DNA of 62,436 bases, the filler included, from Kipferlia bialata (taxonomy: Eukaryota): the NCBI GenBank assembly GCA_003568945.1. It is 5 parts of 5 records of this genome, joined end to end, with 100 filler letters (N's around TTAATTAATTAA, not from the genome) between each part and the next. Parts side by side here need not be neighbours in the genome. Positions count along the whole stretch, not along the records: positions 17,178 to 26,939 come from BDIP01000548.1; positions 27,040 to 39,006 come from BDIP01000549.1; 3 more parts are not named here. One strand, written 5' to 3'. Positions 21,192 to 33,787 of this stretch are shown one piece after another (the first letter of the stretch is position 1; every line of letters begins with the position of its first letter). The position numbers and the translations under genes are program-made. The notes beneath the pieces were generated by a model. The model was not told where the DNA came from, searched no databases, and was given only the letters and a program-made list of their open reading frames with translations.

Positions 21192-23877
21192 CTAGTGTAT
21201 GACTGAGGCGATATCGACGTTGTCAAGGGCCGCTGACATCCCATCCACACTGGGTATGGCATCGCTGAGCTTCCTGAAGCACTGGGCCATGACGACTGAG
21301 AACTTGTGGTACCGCTCCTCCCACACACCCCTAACCTCATCCCACACAGCCATTCCTAGGGCAGAGTGGGTGGCTAGAAGGTGGTCCCTGAGGGCTGGGG
21401 AGAGGTATGCCCACCTGGGGTGGGAGAGCCCTGCCTTGGACCTGCCGCTGAGGTGCTTGCCCAGCCTGACCCCTATGTTATCCACCCTCTCCCTGCTGGC
21501 CTGTGCCTGCCCTGCTGCCATGGATGCACTGTCACCCAGGGCTCGGATGAACCTGGGGGGTCAGGGGGTATATATACATATTGGCATGTACATGGCAGTG
21601 TCAAATACGGTCTTAATAGGACGACGACCCAGTATATATATATATACATCCCCACCTGATGTCCTGTGTCTGTGGAAAGGGGGTGAGAGTAGAGGTGATA
21701 GATGTATATACATACATGTATATGGCGCAGTACCTGATGTCCTGTGTCTGTGTGCCCGAGTCCAGCTCCTTGGATGCCGCCCTCACAAAGGCCAGAATGT
21801 GCTGGAACTGGTACTCGAGGAGGGAGGCCACATACCGATCGAGGGAGGCACGGCACCTGGGGGTGAGGTATACAAAGTGGGTGATAGCTAGACAACAGAT
21901 ACACACATCCCCCCTGCCCCCACCTCCCATCCACCGTGACCAGTCCCTCAGCTAGTGCCGGGCAGAGGTGGGACAGGGGGGAGAGCAGACCCCGGAAGAA
22001 GTCGTAGTTCTCGAGCTGGGCCACATCTGCATACTTGGGGGCATTCTTCTTGTCGGTGTGCACCACATCATTGAGCCAGTTGGTGCACGAGGCAAGGACC
22101 TGGGGGTGGGGGCAGAGGCAGTGAATATACACGTGTGGATACCAATCACTCGCCCAATGGAAAGGAAAGCCACCTCTACTACCCTTACTACTATGGCTGT
22201 ATTCGGCGTGGTCTCACCTTCTTGATGATGGAGGATATGGTAGCCCCCTCCTGTGGTAGGGAGAGTACCCCCTCGCTGTCTGTCTGAACGGTCAACAGCA
22301 CCACAGCACATATCAGCTCTGCGGCATTGATGACAACAGGGTACACACCGCTCTGGGGTCAGTCGCCTGATACAGTAAAACCCGAACAGAGCGAGGGAGA
22401 CAACAATCAAACAGTCCACTCATCACCATACTGGGACTACCACCCGTATAGAGGAGGATAGACAAGGGCTACCCACCTGCTTAAGCACAGCCTTGGGCAA
22501 CAGCCCCTGTGCCGTGGCCCTCCCGTGCTCCAGCCTGTCTGACACCACGGTGGACAGATGGCCCCTCAGCATAGATAGACCCAGCATCACAACCTCCCTG
22601 GCCCCCTCCCCAACCATGATACCCTGGGCTGCTGCCCTGTCAGCAGGTGACGCCGCGGGTGTATGTGTGTATGCATCTCCCACAGCTGACAGAGGTACTG
22701 CATAGGGCCAGTAGTTCTCCACCACAGGCTTGGCTATGGCCTTGAACACTGACCCGTCAGCCACATGGACAAACTCCCTGCCCAGCACATCCCTCAGCTC
22801 AGCCGCGTCGTCTGTACCTAACAGCACCCTGAGGAAGGCCTCCTCCTCGGCCACCAGTGCCGCAACCTGGGCCACGGCATGGGAGAGGGAGACGTCTGCT
22901 GCTATGAGGCCGTGCTCCCTGCTGTCCTGCAGAGTGGATGAGAGAGAGGCAGACTGGGAGCGCATGGCCTCTCCGTTGAGGTGTCTAAGGTTGTGGATGG
23001 GTATCGTGTAGGGGAGCTCCAGTGTCTGTGCCATTGTGTCTGCGTCCCTAGACACCAGGATGGCAGTCTGGTTGGTGATGGCAGTGGCCAGGGCGCTGCA
23101 GTCTGCCCCTAGCCTAAGGGGTCAGACAGAGTGGACTGAATATACACATACATACAGGACTTATAAATGAGTGTACCATTCCGCACCTTGCTGCTGCTGC
23201 CGCTATGTACTCCTCCAGCATCTCCTTGTGCTGTATGGGGTGGTTGGACCGCATCAGCCTCAGGCACGGTATGCACCGGCCTATCTCCTCATGCAGCTCA
23301 CGCATCTAGGGGTCAAACAAAGGGGGGGAGGAGTTATCAATTAACTCTATCCAATACTCTATCATAAAACACCAGCATATACACCCACCTCTTCCAGCTG
23401 GATGGCAGGGAGATCGGGGGACCCTGCGGGAGAGAGTGCCTCCTGGGAGTAGGGGGCGGGGTTACGCTGCAGGGTGGGGGAGGAGGGGAGGGAGTGGGAC
23501 ACCCTCAGCTCCGGCACTCCCTCTCTGAATGCCTTGAAGAGAGAGCGCATGTGTCTGTCCAGCTTGCCACAGAAGGAGAGAGACAGCTCCAATAACTCAG
23601 TCTTCTGCTCAGTCACCATTCTGAGGTCGACAAGGGGGGTCTGCTGCAGCACCAGTACAGCCGCAAAGCGCTTGTTCAGGGCATCAACTCCTGGGGTGGG
23701 AAGGGAAAGAGAGAGTCTGTACTCTACATACATTTACTCACCCTTGAGAGCGTTAGCAATGCCTGCCTCAGAGAAGTCTGGGTTGGAGAGCAGTAGGTAC
23801 TCGTTGTCAGTCAGGGCCAGCCTCTCCCTGAGGTCTGTGACTGCAGAGGACACCCCTGACCTGGTGGCAGACTGGGC
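21192..23877 (-). CDS. SEC3: Exocyst component Sec3 (EXOC1), C-terminal portion, multi-exon
   Basis: LLSNPDFSEAGI..MVTEQKTEL..FCGKLDRHM; KYADVAQLENYDFF; YVASLLEYQF; RLGKHLS; AVWDEVRGVWEERYHKFSVVMAQCF all resemble Sec3_C segments. Confidence 0.72.
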
Positions 23878-23889
23878 CTGGGGGGTGAG

Positions 23890-23929
23890 GGAGAGGAGAG
23901 GGGGGGGGGGGGGGGGGGGGTGAGAAGGG

Positions 23930-23972
<43 letters not shown>
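23890..23972. repeat. Poly-G/C run at the Spt16/Sec3 junction
   Basis: Two long G runs separating fragments of two unrelated genes. Confidence 0.8.
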
Positions 23973-23975
<3 letters not shown>

Positions 23976-24012
23976 TGAGTGCTGACACATATATACACTG
24001 AGACTGCCCCAC

Positions 24013-24905
24013 CTCATGCCCCCTGCCATCAGCTTGGACAGGTTGTCTCCCAGCACCCCCATGCTCTTGATCGTGGTGCTGTCGGCCGTGGCCAGGAACG
24101 CCCTCACCAGCAGGGACGCGTCCCCCAGACCCATCCCCTGGGCGTGGCTGAGGGTGTCCAGGATCTCAGCAGCAAAGATGCCGTTGTCAGACTCAGTCAC
24201 GGCACGGTGGTCCACCACGCCCAGACTAAAGTTGGCCTTGGCGCCGAGCATCTCGTCGACCCACCCGTTGAGGACGACCTCGTTGATGTGGGGGTTGACG
24301 GGGGCCTTCTTCTTCTGCTTCTGCTTAAGTAGCAGCTTGACGGTCTTGCCGTACTTGGCGGCATGGGCGATCAGGGGCTGCAGCAGATTCACCTTGACCT
24401 GGGGTGGGCGGGGTAATCATGGAGGCAAAAGCCACACACTTTGCAAGCACAGCGTGATCGATCGAGATATGACTGGAAACAGATTGAGACCCAAAGAGAC
24501 ACCCAGCCTGAAACACCATAACCACAGCAGACACCAACCTTGGAGGTCAGGACGTATATCCTGTCGGCAAGGAACAGCACCAGGGTGTTGGTGAGTTCGT
24601 ACCGGAACAGTGACTCATGGAATTGTTGGGTCAGTCGCCGCTCCCCAGTCTCATCCGACATGTTCTCTCCATATATGCACACTATTCCATCAAACTTCGC
24701 GCCCTTCTTCTCCTGGAGTGTCAGATAGGCAGGATACTGCAACGAGAAGGCCTTCTCTGGAAACTGAAAAGAGACACAAAAGGCCATATCCACTCACATA
24801 ACGAGGACTATAATGTTCAAGATTACCAAAACCTACCTGGGCACTCCATATGTCATAGAGGGTCTCTACCCTCCCCCAGACAGACTTGATGTCGAGCTCA
24901 CTCAT
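24013..24905 (-). CDS. SPT16: FACT complex subunit Spt16, N-terminal domain only (3 exons)
   Basis: MSELDIKSVWGRVETLYDIW..FDGIVCIYG..LFRYELTNTLVLFLADRIYVLTSKVKVNLLQPL matches the Spt16 N-lobe pattern (LFGYELTDTIMVF..IIFMASKKKVEFL). Confidence 0.75.
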
Positions 24906-25186
24906 GGAATGAGAGCAGCCCACTCTATAGAAAGAGAGCCCGCTTTCCAGAGCAGAGATAAGAAACGAAAAAGGGTCTAGTGTAGAGTCTCGGCTATTAT
25001 TGACGATATGGAAAGAAAGGTACAAAGTATTCATGTATCACTGAGTTCAAGTGATATCAATACAAGTGATACATTGTCTATTCAAAACTAACACCCCCAT
25101 GATAGCACAGGTGGATAAGTATGACATTGGTAAGCCAACTGCAGTGGAGTCCACCGGAGCCTGTGCCACAGACTGAAGGGTCTGAC

Positions 25187-26890
25187 TCAGACTAGACCGA
25201 AGCGTGACATGTTGCCCCTGAGGATCTGGTCCTTGACGCACTCAAACACCTTCTTGACGTTGGATGTGTCTGTGGCAGTGGTCACAAAGGGGTACACAAG
25301 GCGCTGGGGGGACATGTCCACAAACCTAGGGGGGTGAGGGGACTCAACAGGGATGTGCAGGCACATACTGATTATTGAGTGCAAGAGTTGGATTAGCAAC
25401 CGGGAACATACGCTACATAGACTCAACCCTATGTATACATAGTGATATCTGATACCTGTCCTTGATGTACATGGTGGCAGGCTGGAAGGAGGCAGGGCCC
25501 TGGGAGGTTAGGATTTGGGGTATCCAGAAGAGTGTATTGTACGTATCAGAGTTCAATGTATCCTGTCCCCCTCACCCTGTACTCTGGGAATGCTGTGGCC
25601 ATGGGTACGTGCTTGATCTTGACAGCCATGATGTCAGCCTGGGGTCAATACACATATATATCTATACTGGCCATATACCATGGGTACATCGTCCCCACCT
25701 TGTTGAGGAACAGTATGACAGGCTTGTCTCTGAACCACCTCGAGTCCAGTATCTCTTGGTACAGCATCAGGGCCTCAGCCATGGCATTCTGGGAGTGGTC
25801 CTCACCAAGCACCCTGGCATCAGAGATAGGGGACAGAGGATCAGTCTCTATAGTACTACCGCATCCCTCTACACCCCTCCACCCATACCTGTCATAGTCC
25901 GACAGGGCACACACATACAGCACAAAGTCCACCTCTGTGAAGCAGTGGAGGTACTTCCTCCTCTCCGACCTCTGTCCCCCCACATCAATCATCTTGAGGT
26001 TGGTGCCGTCCATCTGAAACTCAATCTCCTAAGGGTGAGGGTTGGAGGGTATGTATATGCATCATGCACACTATCCCTGCCTTGATCTCTGTGGTGACCA
26101 CCCTGCACAGGAGTATGTCCTCAGGGGTGGGCATCCAGGAGGGCTCAGAGAATGAGACGACATTGTCCATGAAGTGGTCGGCACTCTCCTGACAGTGAGG
26201 GGGGAGAGGGAGAGATAGAGGGACGAGAATCGGTTCAGCAGTGTGCCTACCTGCAGTGCATATGCATGTGACAGTCTGAACACCTCCTGCACACCGGGGT
26301 CCTGCCACAGCCTGAGGGTCAGTGGAGGGGGTAGGCCATGGAACTCATTGGGTCTGTACACAAGACACCAAGTATGCCTCTCTGGATACTGGGTATATAT
26401 AATATGATTCTGATTGCTACACCATACCCACCTGTATATGCCGCGTGCCAGTGACTGAGGCAGCCTCTCTGTGTGTGAGAAGGACCCCTCCTCCATCTTC
26501 CATAGTTGGGCAGCTGTCTTGGCTACGGCAGGGTCAGAGAAGGACACCTGGCAGGGAGGGTATGGGAATAGAGATAGACAACAATAGATAGTACTCATTG
26601 TCGCACCTTGTAGCGCTGGCAGGCTGCTATCAGGGTCCTGGCCACTCTGAGCACATTGAAGTACACCACTCCCACGTATCTGGCCTGAGGGTGAGGCATG
26701 GTCAAGAACACACAGATACATACAACGGGTTGAGAGAGTGTGGCCCACTGACCTGGGTCTCCCTAGTCTGTGTCCCCTGTAGGTAGAGCATCTGCATCTG
26801 CTTGAAGATGGTGCTCTTGCCACTGCCTCCTATCCCTAGCAGCAGTAGAGACATGGTCTCATCCTCCCTGTCCCTGTCCGTCCTCAAGAT
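25187..26890 (-). CDS. Heterotrimeric G-protein alpha subunit (5'-truncated)
   Basis: LLLGIGGSGKSTIFKQM; DILLCRVVTTEI; DVGGQRSERRKYLHCF; ALSDYD; ILFLNKAD; TTATDTSNVKKVFECVKDQIL..FGLV*; includes a GC-AG intron at 26029-26080. Confidence 0.93.
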
Positions 26891-26939
26891 CTGTGGGGTG
26901 AGGGGGAGGGGGGGGGGGGGGGGGGGGGGGGAGAGGGGG

Positions 26940-27039
26940 NNNNNNNNNNNNNNNNNNNNNNNNNNNNNNNNNNNNNNNNNNNNTTAATTAATTAANNNNN
27001 NNNNNNNNNNNNNNNNNNNNNNNNNNNNNNNNNNNNNNN
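26940..27039. other. Artificial contig-joining spacer
   Basis: 100 nt of N with central TTAATTAATTAA. Confidence 0.98.
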
Positions 27040-27172
27040 CAATTCAGTCAGATTTTTGTGAACAAAGGGTCCAGTGTGTGCATTTTCTCTCTGGCGGTCG
27101 ATACTGCCGCCTTCTTATAAGTGCACCGGAAAGGATCTGTGTGCAGCGAGTGAGAGCAGCATACCCTCAGGG

Positions 27173-29626
27173 ATGCCGGCTTTCGATTCCATCCTGCATG
27201 TGGAGCCCATGCGGTTCCGGGTTGTGTCGTCGTGTCTGATCCGAGCCCCTCTGTTCAGAGACAAGCTGGTGAGTGGAGAGTGGACTGCTAGCTCAGGGGT
27301 GTTCCACCTAGCCCTGCCCCTTGTGCTACAGGAGCACTGCAGCCTCAGGGCATTCCCACACATCCTGTCCTATCTACGGTCACTGACTGCTGAGACTGGA
27401 TACCCCCACCACCTGCTGCCCTCCCTCATAGCATTCGCAGACTTTATGGGCCTCCCTGGCCTGGCATCTGCCTGTCTAAGTCAGCTCAGAAGAGAGGTCT
27501 CCCTCCCCGACCTCCCCCACCTCTGCTCATTCTGTCTCGCCCTTTCTCCCGCCCTGTCACGCGTCGTGTCCCATTCTGCCCCTTCCCCGCCCTGCCGCAG
27601 TCTGTACCCCTCCATGCAGGCCGTGCTGGGTGTGGTCTGTGCCGTGACCGGCAGACACCTCCTGGTCGACATGGCCAGGGGCACTGAGGACGCCCTCCCC
27701 CTGTGGGTGCTGGCCAGGGCCGTGGCGGACAGACGCAGTGTGGTCGAGACAGAGATACACAGGGCGAGGGGGGCAGTGGTGATAGCCATGCGCCAGCACC
27801 AGATGGCGGTAAGGAGAAGGGCTGGCGCAGGTGGTGTGTATGGTGATCTGGACAGTGCTGCTCTCCATGTGTCTGTCCGAGACCCCATCCAACTCACTCT
27901 GAGGCAGAGGGGGTATCTGCTGGGGGCCGTACCTCCCGCGCATAGGGCGAGGGCGCAAGAGAGGGCGAGGGCGCGTGGTAGAGATCCAAAGGCCATTCCT
28001 GTGTCTCCCCTCCCCCCCTCTCCCTCCCCCTCTCCGACTGGTCATGCGGCAGTGTCTGCCTCCAGTGCCAACAATGACATCCGGTCTCCTTTGCCAGCTG
28101 GTATAGATGCTGCTGTCTCCCCAACAGTGAGGCGTGACCCAGGGTCTGGTACTTCTCACAGCCATACAGCACATGAGGTACAGGAGGACAGGCACACCCA
28201 GCGCTATGTCCACACCCTGCTCTCTGCAATGCGAGACAGACCCCTGGGGAGCGCTGGCACCGACACTGATAGAGGACTGACAGACCATGGCCAGGCTCTG
28301 CCCTCTGGTGACCCAACAGCATATACAAGGCATTCCTTGTCTGAGGCTGGTGGTGCCTGTAATGATGTGTACAATGGGTACCCGGTGGATCGCCCCCTCT
28401 CCCCGTCTCTCCAGTCCCCCAGGGCGGGTGCCTCTGATGTTGGTTGGGAGGGACCCAGGGACCCCGCTGTGGAGGGCCCCCTCCGTCTGTGTCTGGACGG
28501 TATCCGACTGGGGGGGCTGGACGCTGAGGACCTGGGGGAGGTGGAGGGGTGGGGCTGGTACACCCCGGACAGGTTGGACCAGGTGCTGCGGTACCAGTTC
28601 CGCAGGACCTGTGGCACCCTGACCTCGGCAGACTACGGGCGGGACAAGGCGGTGCAACAGGCCGTGCCCTTCTTCATAGGCACACACATGGAGACAGGCA
28701 CAGGCACAGGGGCTGGTGGGGGGCTGTGCCGGGCCCCGTCCCAGCTGGTGGCCAGGGACAGACCTCTCACAGGGGGTGGCATAGCAGTGGCCGGGAGTGT
28801 GTACACACCCAGGCTAGTGGTGTGGGGCCCTGCCCATGCTGAACAGCTGTGTCTGACACTGGAGCGGGTGCCGCCCTCTGAGGCCAGCACCGCCACCCAG
28901 GGCCTGGTGGATGCCAGGCCCACCTCCAGACTCAGTCTGGTGGTCACGGTGCACTGTGTGGGGGGGGAGGAGCGGAGGTTCTCTCGGGTGCACACATTCA
29001 CCCCCCCTGGGCTTGTGCGGCAGAGAGGGGCGGGAAGGGCGGGACCCATGGGTGTGTCGGGCAGTCCAGGCTCCCCCCTCCCCCTGTCCCCCTCGGCGAG
29101 GCCTGTCGGGTCTGGTCCCCTGTGCGGGTGGGTGCTGGGGCTAGTGAGGGACTGCGATGACCTGTTTGTGACTGTGCACGGGAGTCTGGCCCTGGTTGTC
29201 ACCGTAGAGGCCATGGCCATGCCATCCCACACAGGCACAGGGGGAGAGGGTCTTGGGCAGAGTGTAGGGGAGGGAGCGGTGATGTCCCCTTCACCAGGGG
29301 TCACCGGTGCTGCAAGGCCCGGCCCAGGTAGCGACGCTTCCAAGGCCCAGTCCAATAACATCATGGACAACTATGTGTCGGACCCCTCCCTTCTAGTGCC
29401 CCTACCCCGTGATGGACCTGCTGAGGCCATGGGGGATAGGTCACGCAGTCCCTCCCCATTCAGACAGGCGTGTGCGCCTGACCTGCCCCTGGTTGTGTCT
29501 CTCAAGTGGCACAGGTCGTACAGAGAGCAGAAGGAGAGAGAGAGGCTCAGACAGACCGAAGATGGAACAGAGGAAGAGACAGGGTCGGGAGATGTAGGGG
29601 GAGAGACCAGGGAGAAGAAAGAGTGA
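27173..29626 (+). CDS. BTB/POZ(-BACK-like) domain protein, one long exon
   Basis: Long ORF; N-terminal LHVEPMRFRV..APLFRDKL..W..AFPHILSYL..LIAFADFMGLPGLASAC is BTB-like; may have an upstream exon (acceptor CCCTCAG at 27170). Confidence 0.65.
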   Translation: MPAFDSILHVEPMRFRVVSSCLIRAPLFRDKLVSGEWTASSGVFHLALPLVLQEHCSLRAFPHILSYLRSLTAETGYPHHLLPSLIAFADFMGLPGLASACLSQLRREVSLPDLPHLCSFCLALSPALSRVVSHSAPSPPCRSLYPSMQAVLGVVCAVTGRHLLVDMARGTEDALPLWVLARAVADRRSVVETEIHRARGAVVIAMRQHQMAVRRRAGAGGVYGDLDSAALHVSVRDPIQLTLRQRGYLLGAVPPAHRARAQERARARGRDPKAIPVSPLPPSPSPSPTGHAAVSASSANNDIRSPLPAGIDAAVSPTVRRDPGSGTSHSHTAHEVQEDRHTQRYVHTLLSAMRDRPLGSAGTDTDRGLTDHGQALPSGDPTAYTRHSLSEAGGACNDVYNGYPVDRPLSPSLQSPRAGASDVGWEGPRDPAVEGPLRLCLDGIRLGGLDAEDLGEVEGWGWYTPDRLDQVLRYQFRRTCGTLTSADYGRDKAVQQAVPFFIGTHMETGTGTGAGGGLCRAPSQLVARDRPLTGGGIAVAGSVYTPRLVVWGPAHAEQLCLTLERVPPSEASTATQGLVDARPTSRLSLVVTVHCVGGEERRFSRVHTFTPPGLVRQRGAGRAGPMGVSGSPGSPLPLSPSARPVGSGPLCGWVLGLVRDCDDLFVTVHGSLALVVTVEAMAMPSHTGTGGEGLGQSVGEGAVMSPSPGVTGAARPGPGSDASKAQSNNIMDNYVSDPSLLVPLPRDGPAEAMGDRSRSPSPFRQACAPDLPLVVSLKWHRSYREQKERERLRQTEDGTEEETGSGDVGGETREKKE

Positions 29627-29940
29627 CTCACCCTCCCCTCTGAACTCCATGGACATTCAATAGCAACTTCAATTACAGCTACAGTTACACGTGTTTCTAT
29701 TTGCAACTAGAAGACATAGATTTCTTGTTATGTCAGTGACACGACTCAAGGATGGGACTGAGAGACATATTGGGACAACCCTGGTGTGCTTCTGGTGACA
29801 GAGTCTAGTGCTGGGTTCAAGGGCCTGACAAGCCATAGCACATAGACATCCACCACATTGCCCATATCATATATATCTCACAATCTATTCATTCCCCATT
29901 TCCCTTCCCCTCTGCTAGGTTAGGCTGAGGGTCTGGTGCC

Positions 29941-31267
29941 TCACTGCTCCCTGAGCCCCCCCAGCCCTGCCCCCACCACCTCACCCTCAGGCAGGCCGAG
30001 GGCCTTCTCGTGCCTCTGCCTCTCCTCTGCCTCCGAGGCGGACAGGGGCAGGGGGGTGGCAACGGGGCTGACAGTCACGCCACGCAGCATGAGGCCCTGC
30101 CCAACCAGCTCGGTGCGGCAGGCAGTGTTGCCCTGAGGGTGAGAAGGGTAGGGGGGAGAGTGTGCACAGTAGGCTGCCACTCACCTCTAGCAGTAGGACC
30201 GAGGTGTTGAGGCCCTCCCTGTGCCTCACCCTGGCCCACCAGGCTCTGAGGGAGGGGGGCAGGTGGGTGATGGAGTTGTGGGAGAGGTCGACCAGGTCAA
30301 GGCACTCAGACTCACCCAAGCCTGGTGGTAGAAGACAAGAGCACAAAATGGCAATGTGTAAATGGGTTCCGATACCCAAGTAGAGGTGTAAGAAGAGTAT
30401 ACCTGAGTGCACGTGTGTGATCGAGCAGTTGCTGGCCCTGAACTCTCTCAGACGGGTCAAGAGCCCGACCTCGGCCGGTACCTCTGTAATGCCCTTGTTG
30501 AAGGACACGTCCAGTACCTGAGATGAGATATATATATGTACAGAGGTAGCTGACAGCCTAGCGTGCGCGCCCCACCTCGAGCTGGGCCAGGCTCGACAGA
30601 CCAGGGGGGAAGGAAGTGAGGTCGTTGTGGGGCAGGAGGAGGATCTGGGGTGGGGGGACAGCGTGACAGAGAGAGAGTGGCGCATGAGAGTGCGGGGTCT
30701 ACCTTGAGAGATGTCTCGCCCATGCTGTTGAGGGATCCCAGGTCGGTGAGGCGGCAGCGGGAGAGAGACAGAGTGGAGAGCAGGTTGAGTCTGTTGAGTC
30801 TGGTCATCTCCAGGTCGAGGCACCTGCTCTCAGGGACCCTGGAGTCCAGGCTGAGGGACACAATGCGCTTGGCCCCCTGCTGATGGGACAGCTCATAGCC
30901 TGGGTGAACAATCTATGTAGGAAGGCCAATGATAGGAGAACACATGCTACGATGTGATACAAACCTGTCTCAGAGCGGATGTGATCCAGCTCAGTCTCAG
31001 AGAGGGGCCCCAGGCCTAGCTGGACGAGGCTGGGAGTAAAGAGAACATTATCACCAAGTGCTTCAAAACTACAGTAACTAGATCTACTACTACTAGGGTG
31101 TATTCATTAGGCCAAGCCCTGCAGTGCGGTGCCACCTTCTGTATTGAAGACAAGAGAGAATATTCTGTTTCTGGGTTGTGAATGTGTCACAGTCGTAGAG
31201 ATCAAACTACAACCCACCTTTGGAGCACATCCATATCAGTCCCGTCGAAGCGGAGGTTGTTGCTCAT
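29941..31267 (-). CDS. Leucine-rich repeat protein, about 7 exons
   Basis: LSTLSLSRCRL, ILLLPHNDLTSFP, VLDVSFNKGITEVP, LREFRASNCSIT, LVDLSHNSITHLP; canonical short introns. Confidence 0.8.
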
Positions 31268-31844
31268 GCTATGGTATCCTCTAGAGAAGCAAAACTCAGC
31301 AGAGGTCTCACACTAGGGTACTAACCCTAGACCGCGGGTGATAGCATATTGGCCAACCCACTAAAGAAGGAAGGCTTCAGGCTATACCCTTAGGAATGCA
31401 GTTAAGTTATGGGTTTATGGGTCATATGCATACATTCAGGTTTAGCAGATTTGGCTAGACTTACCATAGCAGTCAAGAAATTCGGAAACTGAACAACATG
31501 GTCCCATGGAAACTTCTATCATTGGGAAACACTGGCTTTGAGTTGCCGGTAAAGTTGGTAGCGCTCCAACGAGCGATATTGTGCGCTTCTTCATAGCTGC
31601 ACCGCCCAATATCTTGTATTATCCTGCTCTGAGTGTATTTCTGGAGCACTAGATGCACCAATCCAGGCTTAGCGTCCGTAAGTCTCGTTCTACGCACCCT
31701 GCCACACAGCGTGGCAAAGTAGCTACCCCCAATCCCCCTTCTGCGACCCCAAGGACTGCCCCTAGATCCAATGCCGTACCCCACACCTCCCGTATAGTTC
31801 GCCAGACACTACCACCTCCATCTGCAGGTCGGCCCAACAACAGG

Positions 31845-33246
31845 ATGGCATATGTTGGGATGTCTGGCCTTGTGCAGACTCCCGCTCTTCGTCGGTCTAT
31901 GATGAATGTGTCCCCTACGCCCCAGAGAGACAGGCCCAGGGTTTATACTCGTGTTCAGCCCTCCGCACACCTTGCCGAGTCCATGACTGACAGTGACGGG
32001 TCCTACTTCGAGGGAACCACAGAGGAGGTCACATCCATGGTAGAAGAGTCGACTGGCTTTGGTGGGACTGAGACTCTGTACGAGAGTGCCTTCGAGTCTC
32101 CTTTCCTCACCAACGAGTGTGCGGCATCTAAGGAGACACCGTCCCGGAGAGAGGACCTTATAGCTGCCCTTCACTCACACCGCGACCAGGTATGGTTACC
32201 CTCCTAATATTCATCCAGTACTGTCCTATATATTGAGCATTGTCTGTTATAGGTGAGTGTAAATAGTGGTGTTCCTATCGATTTGCTGCTCCTCATTGCA
32301 GGCCGTGTCCTGCATGAGAGAGGCACCCCAGGCCCAGGCATGCTTTGATCGCCTGGCCCTGGAGACCCCCCTCATGGGTATGGCCAGACCCGGCAAGGAC
32401 AGGTCCAGGAAGGCAGGCACAGGGACAGCAGGGGATGCCGCCCATGCTGTCAAGAGGAAGGGCCCCGCCTCCACCCCCGCCCTCCCTGTCCTGCCCGTGT
32501 TCACTCTACCAGAGGTCCCCGAGGACCCCTGTGATGCAGAGGTGGCCGCAGTCTACCAGAGCCGTGCCCGGCGCAACAACGCCCTTACCCACCTGCCCTT
32601 TGCGGCTCCCTGTGTGTTTGGGGAAGGGTCATGCCTGGCTCCCAAGAGGCTCGGCCAGTGGAGGTCCTTCTCTCTGGACACAGGTGCCCTAGGGGGGGTG
32701 TGTGGGTGCGAGGCCGACAGTGAGTCTGTGTCGCGTGCCTGGAGTGACCCCTCCAGCTGGGAGGTGATGGAGGGCAGGGAGAGGGCAGAGGGGCCTAGGC
32801 TGGGGGACGGGATATGTCTGGACGATCTAGCCGACCACACAGTATCACTCGACCCCTCGCCTGACGCATCCTTTGACGCATCCTATGCAGACCAGGACGC
32901 AGTCAGGGAGGGTGAGTACTTCGGTGCGTCAGAGGGTGAGGGGTCGGACGGCATAGAGCTGTCTACCCTCTCCGATGTGCCCCATGTGCCTCTGGAGGTG
33001 GGGGCCCGCACTCCCTTTGCCGCAGGTGTCTGTCTGCCTGACCCCTCCCCCATGGGCACAGGGCGCCTTGACCAGACAGGCACAGATGTGGGCGGGGTGG
33101 ACGTGGCCGCAGCCTATGCCCTGCTGGACAGAGGCAGCACCCCCATCGCCCAGGTCATGTCCATGTCACACGTGTCTGGGGCCTACGCCTCCTACCCCAC
33201 TGACACAGACCTCGAAGCCATGCTGGCTGAGCTGGACGATATGTGA
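31845..33246 (+). CDS. Hypothetical protein, 2 exons
   Basis: ORFs 31845-32189 and about 32302-33246 joined in frame by a GTATGG..TTGCAG intron; GC-rich coding composition. Confidence 0.6.
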
Positions 33247-33787
33247 TGTGAGATACGTGATTTGTGAGAGGCCAAGGTTGGAGAGGCCTCATTGTTGTTT
33301 CCCTGTTTTGGTGTCCATTGCACAACTGATGTGCACGACTGAGTCAAGCCTTGGAGGTGTTGCTCGGTCCCCTTCTGTCCCTGTGTGGACTGTATGTTTA
33401 TAAATCATAGACTGTGGGTATGTAGATACCAGTGGTGCATTGCAGCACCTGAATGTCACCGATACTTCAACACTAATATTGACACTGAGAGGGGATTCTC
33501 GTCTTCAGGGTCTCTTACTCAGTATAGCGGTTAGTAGGCCTGTAGAACGCAGTGACAATGGTATCCAAATAGATCTGGCTACCTTGCCCATGACTCGGCG
33601 TTAGGCCTAGTAACGCCGTGTGTCATCAAGGACCGATTATTCCTGCCACCGTACGCAAAACGGCCCGAAGGTATTATCATTGTCAATGATTCATTGCTCT
33701 GACACAGGGCTTCTCTCTTGCGGGTCTCTATCGATACATTCACTCCACAGACAATGATGTCCGTGTCCGCTACAGACAGAGGTGGCT

